Of a DNA stretch of 64,000 nucleotides, positions 58,890 through 64,000 are shown piece after piece; the stretch's first letter is position 1; every line of letters begins with the position of its first letter. A model generated the notes under the pieces. That model did not search any database. It was not told the origin of the DNA and saw only the letters and a list, made by a program, of their open reading frames with translations. Source of the DNA: Puniceicoccales bacterium (GTDB lineage: Bacteria; Verrucomicrobiota; Verrucomicrobiia; Opitutales; JAIRLM01); NCBI GenBank assembly GCA_031268535.1, contig JAIRXB010000014.1, positions 8,108 through 72,107 on the forward strand. The letters are read 5' to 3'. Position numbers and translations under genes: made by a program.

Positions 58890-60071
58890 TCAGCTATCCG
58901 CCACTCCACTCGTCAAAGTTTGCGCCCCCTGGCCAATGGCGCTAGACTTGCAGCCGCAGTCGCTAAGCATTTCGCCGTAGTCGTAGTGGCCGTAGCTCCC
59001 TTCGTCCTTTGAAATGCGCAAGATTCTACCGATGTGCTGCCTGTATATGGCCGATTCTGCTGGATCCGAAGTGGCGTCTCCGGCTGCAACCAGCGACAGA
59101 AACCCTCCATGTTCTTTTGCCCACTCCATGTCGCTGTCGCCGATGAAGTCGCGCGCAAGTCCCTCGCCGATGCCTAAGCCGTTGAGACCGATAAAGCTGC
59201 AATGTGCTTTTGCGGCTATGGCGGAGCCGATCATTTCCCCCATGGAGTGGCCGACAATTATGGGGACCAATTTTACGGCATTCCTGCCGTCGCCATTGTG
59301 AGCCGCGATTGCGTCCATGCGCTCTTTTGCGAAAGCATAGCTTTCCTCCACGATGGGCGGCACGGCGCCGCACAGATTCATGGCGCACTGCCAAATGTTT
59401 CCAGACGAGCGCGTTCCATCGAACCAAATTATGACGGGGCGCACCATTTGCTCATTTCCGCCTTCGAAAGTTTCATGAGCTATTCCCATTTCATCCAATT
59501 CGCCAACGGTCATTTCCGATGGAGCCATGCGGCAGTCGGCGCCGTCACATGTGGCGCACACTCCGTCGCCGGCAATGGGGCTTTCCATGCCTTCGCATTT
59601 GAGGTCGGAATCTTCCTCGTCGTAGCGCCTTTGGGCGCCGTAGCTGTGGCCGATCCATCCGAGAAGGTCCATAAACTTCTTGCCGCGGCCGAGAGTTGCT
59701 GCAAAATCTTCCGCCGTCACATCGTCAACTTTTGCGGCCTCGTAATGCTTTTTCGATTTGGCGAAAGCGCCGAAGCATGTGAAGCATAGGGCTATGCTGC
59801 GGTAGTAGGTGCGCCATTGGGATTTAATCATTACGCCGTTGCCGCTGGCGAGGAGGGCCAAGCTGATGACGCCGTTGGCTACGACGCCAAAAATAACTAC
59901 GCATGGAACGGCCACCCAGCCGATTGGCGAGCAGGCGACGGCGGCCAATGCGAATGATTTTGTTGCATAGTCGGCCTTTTCCTCGGCCAGATCTGGAGAG
60001 TCATTGGCGCAAATGTATGATGGCAGCGAAAATAATCTGGCCGGTCGGGATGAATTCACGTCCACGGCCAA
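58890..60071 (-). CDS. Membrane-anchored alpha/beta-hydrolase, lipase-like (GHSMG nucleophile elbow), paralog A
   Basis: 393 aa. It has an N-terminal hydrophobic hairpin (SPIGWVAVPCVVIFGVVANGVISLALLASGNG), a conserved motif WRTYYRSIALCFTC, and a C-terminal region with PVIIWFDG and VGHSMGEMIGSAIAAKAH (GxSxG). Confidence 0.7.
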   Translation of the reverse strand: MAVDVNSSRPARLFSLPSYICANDSPDLAEEKADYATKSFALAAVACSPIGWVAVPCVVIFGVVANGVISLALLASGNGVMIKSQWRTYYRSIALCFTCFGAFAKSKKHYEAAKVDDVTAEDFAATLGRGKKFMDLLGWIGHSYGAQRRYDEEDSDLKCEGMESPIAGDGVCATCDGADCRMAPSEMTVGELDEMGIAHETFEGGNEQMVRPVIIWFDGTRSSGNIWQCAMNLCGAVPPIVEESYAFAKERMDAIAAHNGDGRNAVKLVPIIVGHSMGEMIGSAIAAKAHCSFIGLNGLGIGEGLARDFIGDSDMEWAKEHGGFLSLVAAGDATSDPAESAIYRQHIGRILRISKDEGSYGHYDYGEMLSDCGCKSSAIGQGAQTLTSGVADS

Positions 60072-60158
60072 GTTTGCAAAGTTTGGCGGTGAAGGTCAAT
60101 GGGAATGGCGCCCAAGGCGGCAGTTTTCTGGATGCGCTCTGCGCCAGTGTGGTTCCCC

Positions 60159-61277
60159 CTAAAGAAAATCATTAAGCATTTCGTCGTAGCCGTAGTGGCC
60201 GTATTGTGATCCGCTGCGACTGAAGCGGTACGTTGTGCCGATTCGCCTTCTGTAGGTATTTGAGTTGGATGGATCTCCCGCTTCGTCATCTTTTGAAACA
60301 AGTGATAGAAACATCCCATTTTCTTCGGCTCGCTCCATGTCGTCTTTCCCGATGAAGCGCCTTACTATGCCATCGCCAAGGCCAACTCCGTTAAAGCCGA
60401 TGGAGGCGCAATGAAGTTTGGCGGCGGCGGCGAAAGCGACCATCGCGCCGAGGGAATGGCCTGCAGTAAACGGCACCAGCTTTATCTTGTTTTCTGAGTT
60501 TCTGTTGTAGTCGGCAATTGCCTCGAGGCAGCTCTTGGCGAAATCATAGCCGTCCTGCACGATTGGCGGCACCAGTCCCGCCAAATTTATGGCTCCTTGC
60601 CAAATTTCGCCAAATGACTGTGCTCCGTCGAACCAAATTATGACGGGGCGCACCTCCGCGTCGGCGCCGCCAAGATTTGAATCATGCGGAACACCAATTT
60701 CATCTAAATCTTTTACCGTAAGTGTAGTATTTGCCATGCGGCAATCCATTCCGTGCGTTTCTCGATGGATCGTGTCGCCGTCAATTGGTGCATCCATTTT
60801 ACCGCCGTCATAGCGCTTTGCTTTTGCGTGGCTATTGCCTATGTCCCTTAGGAGGCCACTAAATCCAGAGTTGGAAAATGGTGCTCCACTTGCAATGTTT
60901 TCGCGCTTCACGTCCACCATGTTAATTCTACCGTAGTGGGATTTCGACCTAGAAAAGGCCCAATGGCAGGTGAAGCATACGGCAATGCTTCGGTAGTAAG
61001 TTTGCCACAGCGATCGCACCATTCGGCCGTTGCCGGAGACCAGGAGGGCCGCGCTGATGATGCCATTAATGGCAACGCCAACGATCGCGACAATTGGAAC
61101 TAGAACCCATCCGATTGGTGAACAGGAAATGGCAGTCATCGCGCGAGCGGCCGTTGCGCAAAACGCTGGCTTCGCCGGCACGTTGACGGCGGCAGATCGG
61201 TGAATTTGATGTGCTGCACGCTCTGCGCCTGTCGCCATGACAAACTGAATTATTCCGCAAAACTGAGTGTCGGTCAA
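60159..61277 (-). CDS. Membrane-anchored alpha/beta-hydrolase, lipase-like (GHSLG), paralog B
   Basis: 372 aa. It is collinear with paralog A at roughly 45-50% identity: SPIGWVLVPIVAIVGVAINGIISAALLVSGNG, WQTYYRSIAVCFTC, PVIIWFDG and AGHSLGAMVAFAAAAKLH. Confidence 0.7.
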   Translation of the reverse strand: MTDTQFCGIIQFVMATGAERAAHQIHRSAAVNVPAKPAFCATAARAMTAISCSPIGWVLVPIVAIVGVAINGIISAALLVSGNGRMVRSLWQTYYRSIAVCFTCHWAFSRSKSHYGRINMVDVKRENIASGAPFSNSGFSGLLRDIGNSHAKAKRYDGGKMDAPIDGDTIHRETHGMDCRMANTTLTVKDLDEIGVPHDSNLGGADAEVRPVIIWFDGAQSFGEIWQGAINLAGLVPPIVQDGYDFAKSCLEAIADYNRNSENKIKLVPFTAGHSLGAMVAFAAAAKLHCASIGFNGVGLGDGIVRRFIGKDDMERAEENGMFLSLVSKDDEAGDPSNSNTYRRRIGTTYRFSRSGSQYGHYGYDEMLNDFL

Positions 61278-61286
61278 GTGGAATAT

Positions 61287-62657
61287 CTACGCTTTCCTAC
61301 CTTTTATGCTAAGCAGAAACTTCTTGGCATTTCTAATGGCATCCTCCTCCGGGATGATGTCGGTAGTTGGTTGGACTTGGCCGGCTGCGTTTTGTTTTGC
61401 CGTCCTGAAAGCATTAAGTGCGTCTTGATGTCCGGCAAAGGCGGATTCATTCAATAGTGCACCAACGACAGTTTGGCGAAATTTATTGAGTTCGTCGACT
61501 ATTTCGTTCACAACGGATACGTCAAGGCCTACGCTGCCTATGGTTGGTATTTTGGCGGACGGACATTCCAGTTCACTAGTCCCTCCCACGTCGCCTGTAT
61601 GCTCAGCGTGGTTGATGTCTTTGTGATCTACGGCGAGTCTACAACAAATGAGGTCGGTCAGATCGGTGTCGCTTGATGCTTTCGGGATAGCGACGACTGC
61701 TTTTAGATCGTTTATTGCCATATGGCTTAGCTGTGTGATTGTCGAACACGCATTTGCATCTAAGATTGCCGGAATAAATTCGCGAAAGGCAATGTCGCGC
61801 AAAATTGGGAATCCGGAGCTATCAAAAGTTCGAATGCGAAATACGTCGGCGAGACTTTTCGTGCCGAAGCCTTTATCTTTAAACAGCTCAACGAGGTGGT
61901 GCGTGTCGTAGGCTGCGACTATGTCTCCATATATGCATTGATTGCTATTCGCGTAGAGAGCAAAGTGAAAATTGCTGATCGCTTCTGCGGCAGCCCGAAT
62001 GCCGCGCATTTCCGCCGTCAGATCCCATTGGCTGTTCTGTGAAGTTTTATGCAAAATCGATGCTGCAGCAAATAGATCTCCCATGCGCGACGCGGCTGCG
62101 TCAAAATTGCCGCTCTTCGGCTTCAGAGGAGGATGTGAAGGCAAGCTATCGGAAATAACTTTACAGAGACCAGCGGCGCCGTCTGCTGGCGCCGAAGAGC
62201 GCAATGAGACATTGAGTGTGGGGAATTTTTCTCTGTCGCGAACAGCGCCAATGAATTCGCTCCGCACGTCATCATTTACGCCGTCAACCATTAGTTCCAC
62301 TAGGGACAGTGCTTCGTTCGCCACAATGCCTAGACAGCCCTCTCTGCTGTTCAGTTTTCCTTTAAGTTCCGACGACAGCCTTGCATCTACGGAATCTGGC
62401 TTCGACGCTGACACCTTCACCGCTATGAATGTGACGGCGATTGGAATGGCGATGAGGACGATTGCAAACACCCACAGCAAAATCTTTTTCGCCGTTGAAA
62501 TACATATCTTCGCAAGGGACTCCGCTGTGGCGCCAAAGGCTCCCCGTCTTGCTATTTCGAGGATGGTTTCGGTTGTGACGCGAAGCATCATGCCGGTGCC
62601 TTTCAAGAGGCTGCCGCAAGCGGAAGGCACCGGCCCGCCAAAATAAACTGTTCGCAA
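61287..62657 (-). CDS. Hypothetical membrane protein (456 aa)
   Basis: Track ORF with one N-terminal transmembrane helix (ILLWVFAIVLIAIPIAVTFIAVKV) followed by a large extracytoplasmic or cytoplasmic domain of unknown function. It lies directly upstream of lipase paralog B and is co-oriented with it. Confidence 0.6.
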   Translation of the reverse strand: MRTVYFGGPVPSACGSLLKGTGMMLRVTTETILEIARRGAFGATAESLAKICISTAKKILLWVFAIVLIAIPIAVTFIAVKVSASKPDSVDARLSSELKGKLNSREGCLGIVANEALSLVELMVDGVNDDVRSEFIGAVRDREKFPTLNVSLRSSAPADGAAGLCKVISDSLPSHPPLKPKSGNFDAAASRMGDLFAAASILHKTSQNSQWDLTAEMRGIRAAAEAISNFHFALYANSNQCIYGDIVAAYDTHHLVELFKDKGFGTKSLADVFRIRTFDSSGFPILRDIAFREFIPAILDANACSTITQLSHMAINDLKAVVAIPKASSDTDLTDLICCRLAVDHKDINHAEHTGDVGGTSELECPSAKIPTIGSVGLDVSVVNEIVDELNKFRQTVVGALLNESAFAGHQDALNAFRTAKQNAAGQVQPTTDIIPEEDAIRNAKKFLLSIKGRKA

Positions 62658-62731
62658 AGTATCGATGATTCCAATGAAATCTTACGACAATAAAATGTCA
62701 ATGAAATAATAGCACCGCTTCGGTGAACGAA

Positions 62732-62808
<77 letters not shown>

Positions 62809-62860
62809 ATGGCGAGCCCATTGGTTTTCCTTTGGGCCGTCAAGTTTTTTTTTGAGATTT

Positions 62861-63568
62861 TTAACCCTTCTGGCCGTTCCCCATGGATACGGTGCGGGAG
62901 CATAGGCGATCAACCATTTCCATGTCGTGCCCTATGAGGAGAATGGCGAGTTCGTTTTTTTCGCACAGGGAAGCCAGCAGTTCGATGATTCCGTCGCGGG
63001 CGTCGTAGTCCAGGGCGCTAACAACTTCGTCGCAGATGAGAAATTTGGGCTCCACGGCAAGAGATCGCGCCACAGCTACCCGCTGCCGCTGTCCTCCGCT
63101 GAGTTGGGACGGCTTCCGCCAAAGCAGTGACTCGTCAAGGCGAACTGCCCCCATCAGTTTGCCTATGGTTTTGCGCCGACTGGCTGCATTCATGAACTTG
63201 AAGTGAATTTTGAGCGGCTCATCGATGGCCGAATGGACCGTTTGCCGTGGATCCAGAGAGTCGTAGGGGGATTGAAAAATCATCTGAACGGCTCCGTGGC
63301 ACTTGAGCGGTGAAATTTTCCAAACCGATTCGCCGCTAAGTAGTACATCTCCGCAGCTAAGTTTTTGCAGACGAGCCAAGCAGCGGCCAACGGTGCTTTT
63401 GCCGCATCCGCTTGGGCCGACGAGTCCAACACACTCGCCGTGGCCGATTGCGATGGAGAAATTTGCAAATGCGACGTTTGCTTTAGTTTTGCCCCAAAAG
63501 CATCCTTTGGATCCGTAGGTGACCGTTCCGCGCTCCATGGCGAGGGTGTCTGTCTTTCCTCCATTCAC
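62861..63568 (-). CDS. ABC transporter ATP-binding domain protein, second cassette of a tandem pair
   Basis: 235 aa. Walker A GLVGPSGCGKST, signature LSGGQRQRVAVARSL and Walker B FLICDEVVSALD. Confidence 0.8.
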   Translation of the reverse strand: MNGGKTDTLAMERGTVTYGSKGCFWGKTKANVAFANFSIAIGHGECVGLVGPSGCGKSTVGRCLARLQKLSCGDVLLSGESVWKISPLKCHGAVQMIFQSPYDSLDPRQTVHSAIDEPLKIHFKFMNAASRRKTIGKLMGAVRLDESLLWRKPSQLSGGQRQRVAVARSLAVEPKFLICDEVVSALDYDARDGIIELLASLCEKNELAILLIGHDMEMVDRLCSRTVSMGNGQKG

Positions 63569-63580
63569 CGTCGACCATCC

Positions 63581-64000
63581 CTATGTGTTGGATACAATTT
63601 TTCCGTCCTCCATGGACGCCGTGCAGTGGGCGATACTTTCTCCAAGCTTCCTGTCGTGCGTTATGAAAAGTACGGCAAAATTTAGCTGCCGCTGCAGTCG
63701 CAGCAGCTGGCCGATGGCGGCGCGACACGATTCGTCGTCTAGCGCACTAGTCGGCTCGTCTGCGATGAGGAGACGAGGACCGTTGATGAGCGCCATTGCC
63801 AGCATGGCGCGCTGCAGCATTCCGCCGCTAAGTTCATGGCAATAGCTTCCATAGGCGCGTTCCGGATCTTGGACCTGCAGGTCGCGAAACCAGCGCAGCA
63901 CAATTTCTTTCATGGATTTTTTCCCGCAACCGCCGTGAATTTGCAGGCATTCCAGCAGCTGCCTTCCGACGGCAATTGATGGGTTGAAGCAGGCCATTGG
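63581..64000 (-). CDS. ABC transporter ATP-binding domain, first cassette, truncated at the right window edge
   Basis: Signature LSGGMLQRAMLAMAL, Walker B LLIADEPTSALD and H-loop FITHD. It is separated from the downstream cassette by a single in-frame TAG. Confidence 0.75.
   Translation of the reverse strand, partial: PMACFNPSIAVGRQLLECLQIHGGCGKKSMKEIVLRWFRDLQVQDPERAYGSYCHELSGGMLQRAMLAMALINGPRLLIADEPTSALDDESCRAAIGQLLRLQRQLNFAVLFITHDRKLGESIAHCTASMEDGKIVSNT

Overview
This 64-kb window looks like a moderately high-GC bacterial chromosome segment in which housekeeping genes alternate with three unusual accessory blocks. GC content is judged by eye only. Many genes show no Shine-Dalgarno sequence, and taxonomy cannot be assigned from sequence alone. 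Housekeeping genes (strand in parentheses): partial pheT (-), M20 peptidase (+), prfA (RF1, -), tRNA-Gly(CCC), eno, sfsA-like, mgtE, an MBL/beta-CASP hydrolase, an A24 prepilin peptidase, a YdeI/OmdA-family protein, a GT4 glycosyltransferase, mutL, a TrpR/YerC-like regulator, a PF04392-type ABC transporter, the cell-wall cluster murG, a fused murC-murB, ddl and ftsQ (with no ftsA or ftsZ following), gap, glmS, an SPFH protein, thyA, an NtrC-family sigma-54 regulator, pyrG, ndk, tRNA-Val(TAC), an initiator-like tRNA-Met(CAT) and a tandem ABC ATPase pair. Accessory block 1 (about 5.1-14.3 kb) holds five tandem, divergent paralogs of an Ala-rich, single-pass membrane protein of about 500-550 aa. 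Three of them sit behind a nearly identical promoter-like module, and two pseudogenised 5' fragments of the neighbouring eno gene lie between copies. These fragments record tandem amplification through a junction inside eno. Accessory block 2 (22.15-38.5 kb, minus strand) is a single 16.35-kb ORF encoding a 5449-aa protein with no signal peptide. It carries a Cys-rich module and a P-loop NTPase-like motif set (GGGKT ... LLVDEAH), and its C-terminal repeat array continues past the stop codon as degenerate, frame-broken copies at 21.48-22.15 kb. Accessory block 3 (58.9-62.7 kb) holds two tandem paralogous lipase-like proteins (GHSxG) with a membrane-anchoring N-terminus, plus a 456-aa hypothetical membrane protein. 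Two further rearrangement scars are a patchwork of mgtE and sfsA fragments between those two genes, and an in-frame TAG between two ABC ATPase domains at the right edge. Coordinates I derived by hand counting may be off by 1-2 nt. Coordinates taken from the ORF track were used where available.
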